From positions 1 to 64,000 of IMG/VR virus record IMGVR_UViG_3300010158_000051: 64,000 bases of DNA. One strand, given 5' to 3'. The notes under the pieces were generated by a model, which was given only the letters and a program-made list of their open reading frames with translations, was not told the DNA's origin and searched no databases. Within the stretch, counting starts at the first letter, position 1, and each line of letters starts with the position of its first letter. The stretch is from a virus. A program made the translations under genes and the position numbers. Below, piece after piece: positions 10,621-22,344 of the stretch.

Positions 10621-11156
10621 TGCAATTACAGACAGGAATTCAAGTATCATTAACTGGTGACGCTGGGACATGGTATAAACTTACAGATCATAATCGTCAA
10701 CCAATTCATGTTACATATGACGTGGTAGAAAAAACAAACCGTATGGCAGACGGCACTTTACGTCGTTATGTTGTGGCAAGAAAGCATAAGTTTACTGCAT
10801 CATGGAGCTTAGTCCCATCACTTACAGAACAAACAGTTGATTATAAATCAACAGATTCTTACAGCGGAAAAGCTGGAGCATGGATGAAATCATTTTATGA
10901 GGCTAATGTGTTTGTTCCTATTAAAGTTAGAATTATTAGTGCGGGATTAACTACACAAAATATTAACTCAACAGAAGGTTTTCCGCCAGATGAAAATACT
11001 TACTACTCTTCATTTCAAGCACCTACGGATGCAGACAATCCCGTATATACTGCTTATATAACAAACTTTGATTATGAGGTTGTTAAAAGAAATGCAGGCG
11101 GTAGAGGAAAAGGATTCGATCTCGTAAATATAACAATAGAATTTACGGAGGTATAA
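10620..11156 (+). CDS. Minor tail protein (distal-tail-like)
   Basis: Follows the tape measure gene; RMADGTLRRYVVARK motif. Confidence 0.65.
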   Translation: MQLQTGIQVSLTGDAGTWYKLTDHNRQPIHVTYDVVEKTNRMADGTLRRYVVARKHKFTASWSLVPSLTEQTVDYKSTDSYSGKAGAWMKSFYEANVFVPIKVRIISAGLTTQNINSTEGFPPDENTYYSSFQAPTDADNPVYTAYITNFDYEVVKRNAGGRGKGFDLVNITIEFTEV

Positions 11157-14100
11157 TGCTAGGTACATCAGCAGTTAAGCAATATTTTGCAACGGGTGAT
11201 TCACATTATGTGGTTCCCGCCGTTTCTGCTGAATGGAATTACAATTTATTTTATGCTCCATACGCTACTTTTGCTGGAGACGGAACATCACTTTCAAGCA
11301 ATTGGAAAACACCAGGAAGTTGGTCAACATCTAATTGCACAGCAACATACGAATCAACAGGAGGTAGAGGCTCAAGCGGATACACAGATACAAGCGTATT
11401 AAAGTTTGCAGCAACTGGTCAAAACGGGTCGGGAAGTTTAACAGTAGCTACTCCAGGAGGAGCTAATACATATAAGATCATATTCTATGCTAAGACTGTA
11501 GAGAATGTAGAAGTAACCCTAACATCACTGGCATACATAGATAGCCATAGATCAGATTCAAAGTCTTTAACTATTGATAATACAACATGGACCAAGTTTG
11601 AGCTTTATGCAAGTTCTCGTCCAATTGATACAACATACTCATCATTTACATTTAGCCTTGATTTTACTTCAAGAGATACAACAATTGCTTCAAAAGTTGG
11701 TACAGCACCTTCATCATATACTGTGCTAATTGATCAATTTGAAATTTTTAAATCAACAGCATTTGATTACCAATACGGCAATCTTTGGAAAACAGACGCA
11801 CCATTTGGATTCTTTAGACCTGGAGAAAGCTATGTGCCATCTGGTAATGCTTTGACACCACTACCATCAGGATTTAGAACAGTTAATACACAATTTCCAA
11901 AAGGATCTAATAGCACATTTTGGGATGCACAATCAATGCCATGTAGCCCAGTTGTATTCCATCCACAGGCATTGGGTTCATCAAAAAGTAATCCACTATA
12001 CAAAAATGGCATTCTTTCAGATTACACAACATATAAGTATTTTGTTTCAGATGGAACAACAAACTCAATTGGTGCACTATATGACAAGATAATGTCAACA
12101 AACAAGCTTGTTTTAAAGTTTAATGTTTCATATTCAACTCCAACAAGCGTTACTATTAATCTTTATAATACAGTTACAAATTATTCAAAGGCAATTACAA
12201 TCACAAATGCAAACATTTCAAGTGCTGGAGTTTGCATATTGTATCTTCAGACTAACGGTGAATGGACAACTACACCTTGGTCTACAATGCCAACATTTAA
12301 TAATCAAGGAGAAATTACTCTTTCACAAGCAATTAATAAAATTGTTCTTACTCAAAACTCAGCAGACATTAAAACAGAGTATTCATCTCCATCTGCAGAT
12401 ATTGTAAACAATGTAAGATATTCAGAGTACGGAGCAACCATCAGCGTACCTGGGAGATACACTCAGTATCAAGCAGATATGAAAAGACTACAGGTTGTTG
12501 AAATTTCTCCAAGAATTGAATTAGATCTTACTAACTTTGTAATGAATGTAGAGACAACCTCAGAGTTAGATAATAAGCAAAACCCATTGCCAATTTCAGC
12601 TATATCTTCTAATAGTGCACAAATTCATCTTTCAAATATTCCGTTCAATGTTAGCGGTTATGTATTAAGTATATTTTCAAACAACTCTTCAAAGTCACCA
12701 CTTTCTGGTTTATTTAAAAAGAACGTAAAGTTTTATGTTAACTATGTAATTAAAGATACAGTTGCGGGTGCAACTTCTGCTGATAAAGTAATTCCAGGTG
12801 GCATCTGGTATGCAGAAAACTGGGATGGACAGGACCTTCAAAGAACAACCGTTACAGCATTTGATGTGTCAAAATACCTTCAACTACTATCGCCAACAGA
12901 CTACGTTTCTAAATCTCAAGATGTATTTAACGTTATCACTAATATTTTAGATCTTGCTGGTTTTACTGATTACGATTATGATAGTTTAAGAAAAGTTACA
13001 GTTTCTAACACAACAATGGTTGACGGATCTATTCATAAAAACAAACAACCAATTGACTCTTCATTCTTTTATGCAGATGGTCAGCAACAAAAAGTTTTTG
13101 ATGTTCTAAGAGAATTGTTTGAGGTATATCAAATTGGAGCTTATGTTGATTCATATGGAGTAATGAAATTCCTCAGCCTAGACAACATCTTGTCAAACAC
13201 TCAACCAAACCTTTTGCTTCACGATAACTCTACTCCTCAGTCTATTACAACCGCAGCGGGGTACACAGACAACCTCACAGTAACAAGTAATATTACTCAA
13301 GATACATACACCGAGCAAGTAAAAACAAAGCTTGGAAAAGCTACGCTTAAGTTTAAGATACCTCAAATTAATAAAACTTTTGATATTCAAGGTCTTGCAA
13401 ACACACAATCTTTGACAACAAGTATTGTTGATAAGTACGATATTGTCTGGCAGCTAGATAAGGAAGATGTTGCTACATTTAATTATTTAAATCAATCAAT
13501 AACAAATAATTCTCAAAACTATTTCTATTTAAATCCAGATGATCTTGTAAGTACATTTAATGGGTTTGGTGTAGATCACGAAGGATTTGGAATTATTGAA
13601 GGAGAAATTGTATCTTTCAAGGATAAAGAGTTTAAATTTACAACAACCGTTTCAGATCAATCTTCAATGACACCAACTTTCTATGACAATGATTACAGAG
13701 TAATTGTTGGAAACAGTGCTGAATTAAGTACTGCTGTTTCAGATTTTTCTGCCAGAGCGGGATTTGGTGGAACTGTAAAATATACACCAACAGGAAAAAT
13801 TGCAAACGTCTCTAGAGGATTATTTAATACACCAGTACGAACACACAATATTATTTCTAATACAAATAGCTCTTCAGATCCAAATTCATTGTATTCAAGA
13901 ATGTCTTATTATTCTGGACAATATCCTTCTATTATAGATAACAAGGTTGTTATGCCTGCAAATACAGTTGGCACATATACAATTCTTACACCTAATGGCG
14001 GAGAGACAAGTTCTGCAAGTCATCCATATTACACATTTTCTACAAAGATGCATATTGGCCCAGCTTCTGATTATCCAATGAATGTTGGTATGGGCGGGGG

Positions 14101-15352
14101 AATAGTAATGAACCTCGGAAGCAATCCCGTATATGTAGAAATAAGAAAGACATTGGGTACAAGCAAGTCATCATCTGGAAAAACAACTTCAAGTTTTGAA
14201 TATCGCCTATACGTTTATCAAGGCTCAGAGTCTAATTCTTTGCTTCAAAAAGATGGCACAACTGTTCCATACCGTGTATTAGGAGCTGCTCTACTTGATG
14301 ATATTGAGGCTTATCCAGCAAATTCTCCTTTTGCAGAATTTGGAAAAACAGTTCATTTAAAGTTTGTTAAAATAGAAAATCCAACAAGTTATCTAAACCT
14401 AGACACTGGTAAAGTTATTAAAAATCCATCATTTGAAATACATTTAAATAAAAAAAGATTGGCACTTTCAACAAAAGATATCAACATAGATACAACAGGA
14501 TCTTACGGTATTTTTTCACACACTACTAATCAACAAGTTGGAACTACAGGAAGTATTGTGTTTTCAGAACTTTATGCAACACAGTCGCAGCTAGATCACC
14601 CAGCAATTTGGTATCACTGGCAACTCCCAAGCTTTGCAAATGCAATTGCTGGAGGACACAAAGTATTTGAAATTAATTATATGATGCAAACAAAACCTCA
14701 AGTTTACGGTGTAAACTATTATGATGTTCAGTATCAATTAGCACCAGCAATTAATGCTTATGCTGTACCATCGCCTTATGATTGGTATTACTATACAAAG
14801 AATCCAGCATACAATCCAAACAAAGCTGTACCAGGAGTAAGCCAACTATTGCTTGAAAGCATAAAAGTTTCAAATGATGCACTTTCGTATTCAAATATTT
14901 ATAATTCTGGATTTAGAGGAAGGTTTGCAATTATTAACGGTTCCCCTTCAGCTGTTTGGGTTAAGAAGAGCCCAGATGGTAAAAATCCAGTAGATGTTAG
15001 TTTTTTGGTAAACACTAATGATTTAATTACATTGAGTAGCGAAGTATCTGTAGAAAAAGTTTTTGATCCAGCAAATGTTAATGAAAGTGTAGAAATAAGA
15101 TCTAATTGGGTTCAATCAAAGAATGCAGCACTTGGAATTTTAAAAAACATCTTCAGAGCAATTGACGGGTTCAGTAGAGATACACAAGTCTCAATATATG
15201 GAAACCCATTATTTGAAATTGGAGATGTTGTTAAAGTTAATTATTCATTAAAGAATATATCTAATCAAACATATTTTGTTCAAGGTGTTCATCAAACATT
15301 TGATCAAGGCTTAAAAACAGTATTGGTGCTAAATCAGATAGCAACAAGCTAA
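11156..15352 (+). CDS. Large minor tail/baseplate hub protein with a carbohydrate-binding-like insertion
   Basis: 1398 aa; C-terminal GNPLFEIGDVVKVNY hub motif; CBM-like beta region near the N-terminus. Confidence 0.7.
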   Translation: MLGTSAVKQYFATGDSHYVVPAVSAEWNYNLFYAPYATFAGDGTSLSSNWKTPGSWSTSNCTATYESTGGRGSSGYTDTSVLKFAATGQNGSGSLTVATPGGANTYKIIFYAKTVENVEVTLTSLAYIDSHRSDSKSLTIDNTTWTKFELYASSRPIDTTYSSFTFSLDFTSRDTTIASKVGTAPSSYTVLIDQFEIFKSTAFDYQYGNLWKTDAPFGFFRPGESYVPSGNALTPLPSGFRTVNTQFPKGSNSTFWDAQSMPCSPVVFHPQALGSSKSNPLYKNGILSDYTTYKYFVSDGTTNSIGALYDKIMSTNKLVLKFNVSYSTPTSVTINLYNTVTNYSKAITITNANISSAGVCILYLQTNGEWTTTPWSTMPTFNNQGEITLSQAINKIVLTQNSADIKTEYSSPSADIVNNVRYSEYGATISVPGRYTQYQADMKRLQVVEISPRIELDLTNFVMNVETTSELDNKQNPLPISAISSNSAQIHLSNIPFNVSGYVLSIFSNNSSKSPLSGLFKKNVKFYVNYVIKDTVAGATSADKVIPGGIWYAENWDGQDLQRTTVTAFDVSKYLQLLSPTDYVSKSQDVFNVITNILDLAGFTDYDYDSLRKVTVSNTTMVDGSIHKNKQPIDSSFFYADGQQQKVFDVLRELFEVYQIGAYVDSYGVMKFLSLDNILSNTQPNLLLHDNSTPQSITTAAGYTDNLTVTSNITQDTYTEQVKTKLGKATLKFKIPQINKTFDIQGLANTQSLTTSIVDKYDIVWQLDKEDVATFNYLNQSITNNSQNYFYLNPDDLVSTFNGFGVDHEGFGIIEGEIVSFKDKEFKFTTTVSDQSSMTPTFYDNDYRVIVGNSAELSTAVSDFSARAGFGGTVKYTPTGKIANVSRGLFNTPVRTHNIISNTNSSSDPNSLYSRMSYYSGQYPSIIDNKVVMPANTVGTYTILTPNGGETSSASHPYYTFSTKMHIGPASDYPMNVGMGGGIVMNLGSNPVYVEIRKTLGTSKSSSGKTTSSFEYRLYVYQGSESNSLLQKDGTTVPYRVLGAALLDDIEAYPANSPFAEFGKTVHLKFVKIENPTSYLNLDTGKVIKNPSFEIHLNKKRLALSTKDINIDTTGSYGIFSHTTNQQVGTTGSIVFSELYATQSQLDHPAIWYHWQLPSFANAIAGGHKVFEINYMMQTKPQVYGVNYYDVQYQLAPAINAYAVPSPYDWYYYTKNPAYNPNKAVPGVSQLLLESIKVSNDALSYSNIYNSGFRGRFAIINGSPSAVWVKKSPDGKNPVDVSFLVNTNDLITLSSEVSVEKVFDPANVNESVEIRSNWVQSKNAALGILKNIFRAIDGFSRDTQVSIYGNPLFEIGDVVKVNYSLKNISNQTYFVQGVHQTFDQGLKTVLVLNQIATS

Positions 15353-15377
15353 ATGGTATAATTGAAAAGGAGGACAA

Positions 15378-16202
15378 ATGACACACGTATATATGAGTAA
15401 TAGAACCCCTACAAGCGTAGCGGGTAGTGTACAGAAGCGTAAGACGCTTATTATCTCAGCCACAGACCCTAGAAATAACCCTAGATACATAGCCAACTAT
15501 GTTGGAGAAGTCGTTGTCCTTTCAGAGCTTAAGTATAGAGAGTACCTTACTAGTCAAAACTTTACGATAGGGGATGATTCTGGATCAGGTACAGATAGCT
15601 CAAATGAAGTTGTTGTTTCTACATTGCATCCGCCAACAAACGTATATTGGGATCCAACATCAACATCAGACACAGAGTATATTAATTCTGGTTCAGCACC
15701 CATAGTCAATATTATTGTTACATTTGATGCTGCCACAGATGATATTACTACAGATGGATCAATATCATATGAAGCAGAAGTTGCAGTTTCTAATCATCAG
15801 GTAACTTCGGGCATAGTTGGATCTGGTGGAGGCACCAGCACAAATGCATCTGCAACAAAAACAGTTTCTACAAATGCTTCTCTTGCAAAAGTTGTTGCGT
15901 CTACAATCAAGGCACCTATTAAGACTGCAAGTCACATACAGCTTACATGGAAGCCAGCTGCAGCTTCAGGGGTTATTGGTTATGAAGTCACAGTAGTTGG
16001 AGCCAATCAAGCAGGAGCTAATGGTAAAAATACTAAAGTTTGGCATAATGGTGCAACTGTTAATGCTACAACAAAGCTTCACTATTTTAATTTATATCCA
16101 GAAACTGGTACTGTGTTTAGTGGACATTATTCTTTTACAATTGCAGCAAAATATAGCAAGGGACAATCGGGGGCGGTGACATACAGTGGATTTAACATTT
16201 AA
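15378..16202 (+). CDS. Minor tail protein with Fn3-like domains
   Basis: PPTNVYW and IQLTWKPAAASGVIGYEV segments. Confidence 0.55.
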   Translation: MTHVYMSNRTPTSVAGSVQKRKTLIISATDPRNNPRYIANYVGEVVVLSELKYREYLTSQNFTIGDDSGSGTDSSNEVVVSTLHPPTNVYWDPTSTSDTEYINSGSAPIVNIIVTFDAATDDITTDGSISYEAEVAVSNHQVTSGIVGSGGGTSTNASATKTVSTNASLAKVVASTIKAPIKTASHIQLTWKPAAASGVIGYEVTVVGANQAGANGKNTKVWHNGATVNATTKLHYFNLYPETGTVFSGHYSFTIAAKYSKGQSGAVTYSGFNI

Positions 16203-17115
16203 AGGAACCTACGTATTTAAACAAGATGGCGTAGAAATAGGAAGATCTGAAAACTTAATTACCACAAATGGTAGAAAAGTTCTTCTACAATATTTGTCGG
16301 GAGTGAGATCTAATTGGGCATCAGATATGGCACTGGGTGCAATAAATACAGCACCAACGGTTTCTGATATGGAATTAAACTTTGAAACAATGAGAGTTCC
16401 AGTATCTTTAAAAACTTATAAATCTGCGACTAATAGCAGTCCAGATTTAATTATTGTAAGAGGAACTTTGCCAGCAAGCTTGTATGCAAATATTTATGAA
16501 ATTGGATTATATCCAGATTCAAGAATAACAGATGTTGCAAATCGCAATGATAGAATTATTACTGAATTTTCTGATCTTTCAAATTGGGCTGCAAGTGTTA
16601 ATGATCCAGCTCAAACTATAGCAAATCAAGGAACTGTATACCTTACAGGATTTTCACCACAATCTGAAGCATCTCCAAGAATTGGTGGTTTTTCAGTAGA
16701 CCTTGCTCAAAATACAAGATATGAAAATAATACTTTTGGATTTAGTTTATTGGGATATTCAGATGTAGATACATTAAAAATTCTTGCATATAATACAGTG
16801 GCGGGAGTTCTTACAGTAACACTGGTAGATACATACGATAATGCATTTACATTTACATACACGCTGGAAGATAACTCTGGCTATCAAATTTTAAATGCTT
16901 CATTTCCAGCAAACGTTGTATTTAACAATACAATTAAAACAGTTAGAATTGCTACAGACAATACAGCTTCTGTTACAGTTGATGCTATTAAAGCTTCAAC
17001 AACTCAAGAATTAACAAGCGAAGATTATTTAATTAGTAAGTCAGTACTTTCAACACCAATTGCCAAAGAATACGGTACTCCATTGGATGTTGAGTATTAC
17101 GTACAAATACTATAA
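16186..17115 (+). CDS. Minor tail/baseplate protein
   Basis: ENLITTNGRKVLLQYL...IYEIGLY motifs typical of tail fibre-base proteins. Confidence 0.6.
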   Translation: MDLTFKGTYVFKQDGVEIGRSENLITTNGRKVLLQYLSGVRSNWASDMALGAINTAPTVSDMELNFETMRVPVSLKTYKSATNSSPDLIIVRGTLPASLYANIYEIGLYPDSRITDVANRNDRIITEFSDLSNWAASVNDPAQTIANQGTVYLTGFSPQSEASPRIGGFSVDLAQNTRYENNTFGFSLLGYSDVDTLKILAYNTVAGVLTVTLVDTYDNAFTFTYTLEDNSGYQILNASFPANVVFNNTIKTVRIATDNTASVTVDAIKASTTQELTSEDYLISKSVLSTPIAKEYGTPLDVEYYVQIL

Positions 17116-17131
17116 AAAAGGGGTAAGGTAA

Positions 17132-19237
17132 ATGGCAGTTGGCACATTAGCTGGAATGCATTGTTCTGCAGGTACTACTTATGTAGATATTACCTTTACC
17201 CGTCCATCCAATTGTACTAAAATTATTTTTATAATGACTGCAACAGATGGTGTCAGTGCAGCAATTCAAAAATCATATACAATACCATTGCCATATGCAG
17301 TTGGGGCAACTATCACTTATAGATTTACGGGCCTATCATCAACTAAAAAGTATTATTTAACTGGAAGACCATATAACGGATCAACAGCTGGTACATTAAA
17401 AACTTATTCCAATTCAACATCAACTCCAATAAATTGCATTGTTATGCCATCAGCAAAAACAACAGCAACTTCAGGAACCACTACAACTACAACAAAATCA
17501 CCAACAACCGCATCTGCTGGTTCAGGGCCAGTAACTACATCCTCATCAACTGGAACAACAATCAATGGTGGAACAGTTTCTACATCAAGTGCTGCAGGAT
17601 CTAACACCCCAACACCTGGTGCAACAGACGCAACCATTCCATCTGACTTAAACTCTCCGAGTAGATTAAGTTTAAAAATTCCAAATCTTGAACCAAATCA
17701 AACATATAGCATTAAAGTTCGTGCATTTACAACAGATGTAAATGGAGAAACTGTATATTCTCAATACTCAGAACCAATCTATATTACAACCCCAGGTTTT
17801 TCAGCATCTGGAACAAACCATTTAACAACAAATGTTAATGGGGATATTTTATTAAGTGGCGGATCAATTTTTGCAGGAGATTTTGGAACTGATGCTGGTT
17901 TGCTTGATGTTGTAAATGGTACAACAGACGGTACTGGTGTTATATTAAACCAAACTGGTCTTGCTGGATTTAATGCTGGAACAAGAGAGTTTTACATAGA
18001 TGCTTCAACTGGTAACGCATATTTTGCAGGAACTATTGGTGCAACAGTAATTCAAAGCACAAACTATTCAGCATCAATAGCCACATCAGAACCTAAGTAC
18101 ACAGTTGCTGGAATGCAAATAGATTTAAATAATGGATCAATTTCTTCAAAAACTTTTAGAATTACGGAAGCTGGCAATGCATATTTTGCTGGAACAATTG
18201 GTCAAGAAGCTTTAATTGGTTCTACTCTTGCATCAACAGTTGTTTCAAATGCTGCACAGGGTTTGTTAAAAATTAAAACATTCCAGCAAGATGAACCTCC
18301 AACAGCTACTCAAGTAGGTGATCTTTGGTATGATACAAATGATGGATATAAGATGTATCGTTGGAATGGATCATCGTGGATAAGCGTCCAAGATGGTGCT
18401 ATTGTTACCGCAGCAAATGCAGCAGCAGCTGCACAATCAAGTGCTAATGGAAAAAATAGGATTATTTATGGTGCAGCGGGAACAACAACGGATGAAGGAC
18501 AAGCACCAAATTTACAATACTATACGGTTAATGCAACTACAGATACATTTTCTGCAACATACTCAAATTCTACAGGCAACATAGAAGGAGACACTTGGTT
18601 TGTTAGAAACAGCGTAGGAAGCATTATTGCTCAATATACAATTGTAAGCGGAACATGGACAAGAACTACTGTGGCAAGTCAAGTAATTGGTAATCTAGAT
18701 GCTGGAAAAATTTCAGCAGGAACAATTAGCGTAGCACTTGGGATAACCAACCCTTCTGGAAATTTTACCGTAGACGCAGCAACTGGAAAACTTACCGCAG
18801 TTAATGCAGATATTAGGGGAGGGTTAACAGTAGCATCAGGTACAAACTATTGGACCTCTACAGGTTTATATGCTAACACAACATCTAACGGAACTATTGA
18901 ATTATATGCTTCTAATGGAATTGAAAATGGATCTACAGATGGATTAACAACATCTTATTCAACAAAGATCTCTAAGATTAAAATGACAGCTAGTGGAGGT
19001 ACTCAAATTTTTGGTATACCCGTACAAAAAGGTGTAACAAGTATTGGAAACTATGTAACAGATGCCTATACTGGAAACAGTGCTTGGGGACTTGGTTCGG
19101 CAGGAAGAACAAGAGTTTTAATTGAAGATATATATGATGGACAAGTTAGATTAGGTCTTGGCATTTATTATGGACAAAGAACTTCTCCCCCAGGTGCAAG
19201 CACGGGGTATGTAGGAGATCTTTGGGTTAGCTGGTAA
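17132..19237 (+). CDS. Tail fibre/host-specificity protein (Fn3 domains, Thr/Ser-rich linker)
   Basis: NLEPNQTYSIKVRA Fn3 motif; GDLWYDT and GDTWF repeats; IGNLDAGKISAGTI. Confidence 0.7.
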   Translation: MAVGTLAGMHCSAGTTYVDITFTRPSNCTKIIFIMTATDGVSAAIQKSYTIPLPYAVGATITYRFTGLSSTKKYYLTGRPYNGSTAGTLKTYSNSTSTPINCIVMPSAKTTATSGTTTTTTKSPTTASAGSGPVTTSSSTGTTINGGTVSTSSAAGSNTPTPGATDATIPSDLNSPSRLSLKIPNLEPNQTYSIKVRAFTTDVNGETVYSQYSEPIYITTPGFSASGTNHLTTNVNGDILLSGGSIFAGDFGTDAGLLDVVNGTTDGTGVILNQTGLAGFNAGTREFYIDASTGNAYFAGTIGATVIQSTNYSASIATSEPKYTVAGMQIDLNNGSISSKTFRITEAGNAYFAGTIGQEALIGSTLASTVVSNAAQGLLKIKTFQQDEPPTATQVGDLWYDTNDGYKMYRWNGSSWISVQDGAIVTAANAAAAAQSSANGKNRIIYGAAGTTTDEGQAPNLQYYTVNATTDTFSATYSNSTGNIEGDTWFVRNSVGSIIAQYTIVSGTWTRTTVASQVIGNLDAGKISAGTISVALGITNPSGNFTVDAATGKLTAVNADIRGGLTVASGTNYWTSTGLYANTTSNGTIELYASNGIENGSTDGLTTSYSTKISKIKMTASGGTQIFGIPVQKGVTSIGNYVTDAYTGNSAWGLGSAGRTRVLIEDIYDGQVRLGLGIYYGQRTSPPGASTGYVGDLWVSW

Positions 19238-19240
19238 TAA

Positions 19241-22200
19241 ATGGCAGCACATTTGTATGTTAAAAATGCAACAAGCACTTGGTCTGAAGGAACTTTGTAT
19301 ATTAAAGTTGGAGCAAGCAATTGGCAACCCGCAAGTGATGCGTGGGTTAAAACAAGCCCCTCAACGTGGGAATCAATTTATTCTTCAACATTTACAATAG
19401 ATAATACACCCCTTGTAAATTTTGATCTAACTTCTGGAAGTGCAACTTATTCTAATAATGATTTATATCAATTTTATGGAACAAATTATCATTTTACTCC
19501 AACACCAACCAGCATATCTGCAAATTTTAAAATGTTTAATCCTCAAAGTGGTAACACAACAACGCTTAAAACATATACTGGCTTAACAAACCCATCATCT
19601 AACTCATCAACAAGAGTCCCATCAAGCGGATATGCATACAAACTATTACAATCCGATGCTTATAATCGTGGAGCAGATACGTATATTACCTTTGGAGTTA
19701 CAGCGTCAAATGCAAATGGAGTAACATATACATCTACTGGGTCTTATACATTAAGAACTCCTGCAGCACCAACAGTTACAATTGATACAACATATCAAGT
19801 TTCAAATCAAATTAGAATAAATTGGACTGCAGCAAGTAATGATGATTGGTATGCAACAAATAGATACATTGTTTATTATTATGATATTACAGCTGGAACC
19901 TACACTTACGGTTCTTCTGGAAGTACAAACGGAACTGGCGGATACGGTGCAACAACTATTTCTGGTACTGCCACATTTACTGGATTAAATAATTCTCACA
20001 CGTACATTTTTTATATTTTGCCAACTACTGGTACACAAGGGTATACACCAACAAACTATAGCGGATATTTGGGTGCAGTAGGAACAGTAACAACTGGAAC
20101 GTCTCTTGCACCAGTTGCAAATTCATCACCATCAATTACAGGAAATGCTTATCCAAACGGTGTTGTAACAGTAAGTAATGCTACATGGTCATTAACGCCA
20201 ACATCATATACATATTCTTGGTATAAATCTACAGATTTTCAAACATATGTTTCTATGGGGCTTACAACACAATCAATAACAATACCATCAGATTTTATTT
20301 CAACTGGTTATCGTGCAGTAAAATGTTATGTAACTGCATATTACGGAACCATACCAAGTGATCCAAATGGTTCTTATCCGCTTGAAATTACTTCAAATCA
20401 ATTAGCTACTCCAACTTTATCAACAACTACAATAGGATATTCAGTGTATCCTGCAGGATATGCAAACGTTCAAATTGGAAATTACTATACAGCTTATACA
20501 AGTAATGAAACTTGGTCTGCATCAATTTCTCCAACAGGGCCAACAATTACAAAAAATCAAGAATTTCCAGAAGAATGGAATTTTTCAAATCTAACTGCTG
20601 GAGCAACTTATACAGTAACAATATATGTTTCAAGAACGGGATTCACTGGAGCATCACAAACAATTCAATTTACTGCATTGCCCCTTAGAGCAAGCAAACC
20701 AGTATTTATTACAAATCAAGGAACAAGTAATTCTACTAAAGGTTATATTGGAGTTTATTCCGCAAACGCTTCTTCAGTAAGCTGGCAAGTATGGAGAAGC
20801 GCAAATGGCACAGGAACAAGTGGTTATGGGAATGCATATTCTTATACACTTTATGATAGTGGTTCTTTTAGTGGAACAGGTTATCAATTTTATGATTTGC
20901 CAAGAAATGGTTATTACTATATGTCTGCAATCGGATACAACAGTCAAGGAACTGCTTCTGATACAGGTTATTCAAATGGTAGCGGAGATGCGGGTACTGC
21001 TGCAAACTGGTTTTATACTGGAACAGTAGATACACCTTCGGCGGGTGGAGGATATGCATCAGGGTCAGATGCCTATCTTTATTGGTCAGCTCCAGTGGAT
21101 TCTTATAATCAACAAATTGGTGCTTCAATATTAAACAACGTTGTTTCATATGAAATTTATTGGTCTTACTTAAATAGTACTCCATCAAGCGGTGCAACTG
21201 CAGACTACACTGGAATTACTGCAACAAACTATACCGCAACAATTGGTTTAGCAACAACAAGATATTATTGGGTAAGATCATATACAACAAGTGGAAACAT
21301 TGTTGGTAGAAGTGCTTGGGTAGCACTTGGTTCCGTAACTATTACTGGAGTAGCACCTTCTGGTATGACAGTATCTTTAGCACCTTCTGGTACACAAATG
21401 GCGGGAACAACAATAACAGCAACGGTATCTGCAGCAACTGCAGGTGCTTCTCCAATTACATATAGTGTGCAAATATTTAAAGCAACAGGAGTTGATCCAA
21501 CTAATGCTAATACTGGACTTGAAAGTGGAACAACTTCTGCAAGTCACGCAATTACAACATCTGAAGCATCAGGAACGCCAGATCGTTTTATTGCATATGC
21601 AACTGCAACAAATTCATATGGTACGCAAACAGCATATTCAAATGTTGTTACATCTACCCCATATGTTGCACCAAATGCTGCACCAACAGGAGGAACTGCA
21701 ACAGTAACACCTTCTTCAGGTACCGCTGGCTCTACATCATATACAGCATCAACTTCGGGATGGAGTGGAAATCCTTCTACATTTACATATACATATTCTT
21801 GGCAATATTTTAGTAGCAGTTCGTTTTCATGGGTACAATATACAACTGGTTCTACATTTTCACCAGCATCAAACATAAATACTTTATATCCAAACTACGG
21901 TTGGCAATTATATGTAACAGCTTCTAATGGTATATCTCCAAATGGTACAGCAAGCACAAGTTTTACTGTAAGCACTCCCGCCGCTACCACTACAACGACT
22001 ACTACAACAACAGCTTGTACTTGTGTTTATTCAGACTATGGAACATATTATTATTCTCCACAATGTTGCGGATCTGGTGCACCTTATACAGGACTACCAT
22101 CTGGTCTTTCTCCTTCAGGTTCATGTTGTCCCAATGTTAGTAAGCCAGCTACAACTACCACAACAGCTGCTTCCAGACCAACAGTTTATTGGAAATGCAA

Positions 22201-22306
22201 TTCTGCAGACGTTGCAAATGCCTCAAATCCTTGTACTTATGTTGGTCAATGTCGTTATGCTGGAAATACTTATTACTCTCCAGGTTGCGTATCGTGTTGC
22301 GACTAG
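19241..22306 (+). CDS. Large Ser/Thr/Tyr-rich fibre or adhesin with Ig/Fn3-like repeats and a Cys-rich C-terminus
   Basis: Trp-spaced N-terminal docking segment; PSITG..W..TPTSYTYSW repeats; poly-Thr linkers; 11 Cys in the last ~100 aa. Confidence 0.65.
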   Translation: MAAHLYVKNATSTWSEGTLYIKVGASNWQPASDAWVKTSPSTWESIYSSTFTIDNTPLVNFDLTSGSATYSNNDLYQFYGTNYHFTPTPTSISANFKMFNPQSGNTTTLKTYTGLTNPSSNSSTRVPSSGYAYKLLQSDAYNRGADTYITFGVTASNANGVTYTSTGSYTLRTPAAPTVTIDTTYQVSNQIRINWTAASNDDWYATNRYIVYYYDITAGTYTYGSSGSTNGTGGYGATTISGTATFTGLNNSHTYIFYILPTTGTQGYTPTNYSGYLGAVGTVTTGTSLAPVANSSPSITGNAYPNGVVTVSNATWSLTPTSYTYSWYKSTDFQTYVSMGLTTQSITIPSDFISTGYRAVKCYVTAYYGTIPSDPNGSYPLEITSNQLATPTLSTTTIGYSVYPAGYANVQIGNYYTAYTSNETWSASISPTGPTITKNQEFPEEWNFSNLTAGATYTVTIYVSRTGFTGASQTIQFTALPLRASKPVFITNQGTSNSTKGYIGVYSANASSVSWQVWRSANGTGTSGYGNAYSYTLYDSGSFSGTGYQFYDLPRNGYYYMSAIGYNSQGTASDTGYSNGSGDAGTAANWFYTGTVDTPSAGGGYASGSDAYLYWSAPVDSYNQQIGASILNNVVSYEIYWSYLNSTPSSGATADYTGITATNYTATIGLATTRYYWVRSYTTSGNIVGRSAWVALGSVTITGVAPSGMTVSLAPSGTQMAGTTITATVSAATAGASPITYSVQIFKATGVDPTNANTGLESGTTSASHAITTSEASGTPDRFIAYATATNSYGTQTAYSNVVTSTPYVAPNAAPTGGTATVTPSSGTAGSTSYTASTSGWSGNPSTFTYTYSWQYFSSSSFSWVQYTTGSTFSPASNINTLYPNYGWQLYVTASNGISPNGTASTSFTVSTPAATTTTTTTTTACTCVYSDYGTYYYSPQCCGSGAPYTGLPSGLSPSGSCCPNVSKPATTTTTAASRPTVYWKCNSADVANASNPCTYVGQCRYAGNTYYSPGCVSCCD

Positions 22307-22309
22307 CTA

Positions 22310-22338
22310 TTGACAGAAATTTGACGGGATGGTAGAAT
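22310..22338 (+). promoter_or_regulatory. Sigma-A-type promoter
   Basis: TTGACA-17 nt-TAGAAT with an extended TG. Confidence 0.65.
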
Positions 22339-22344
22339 AAACAA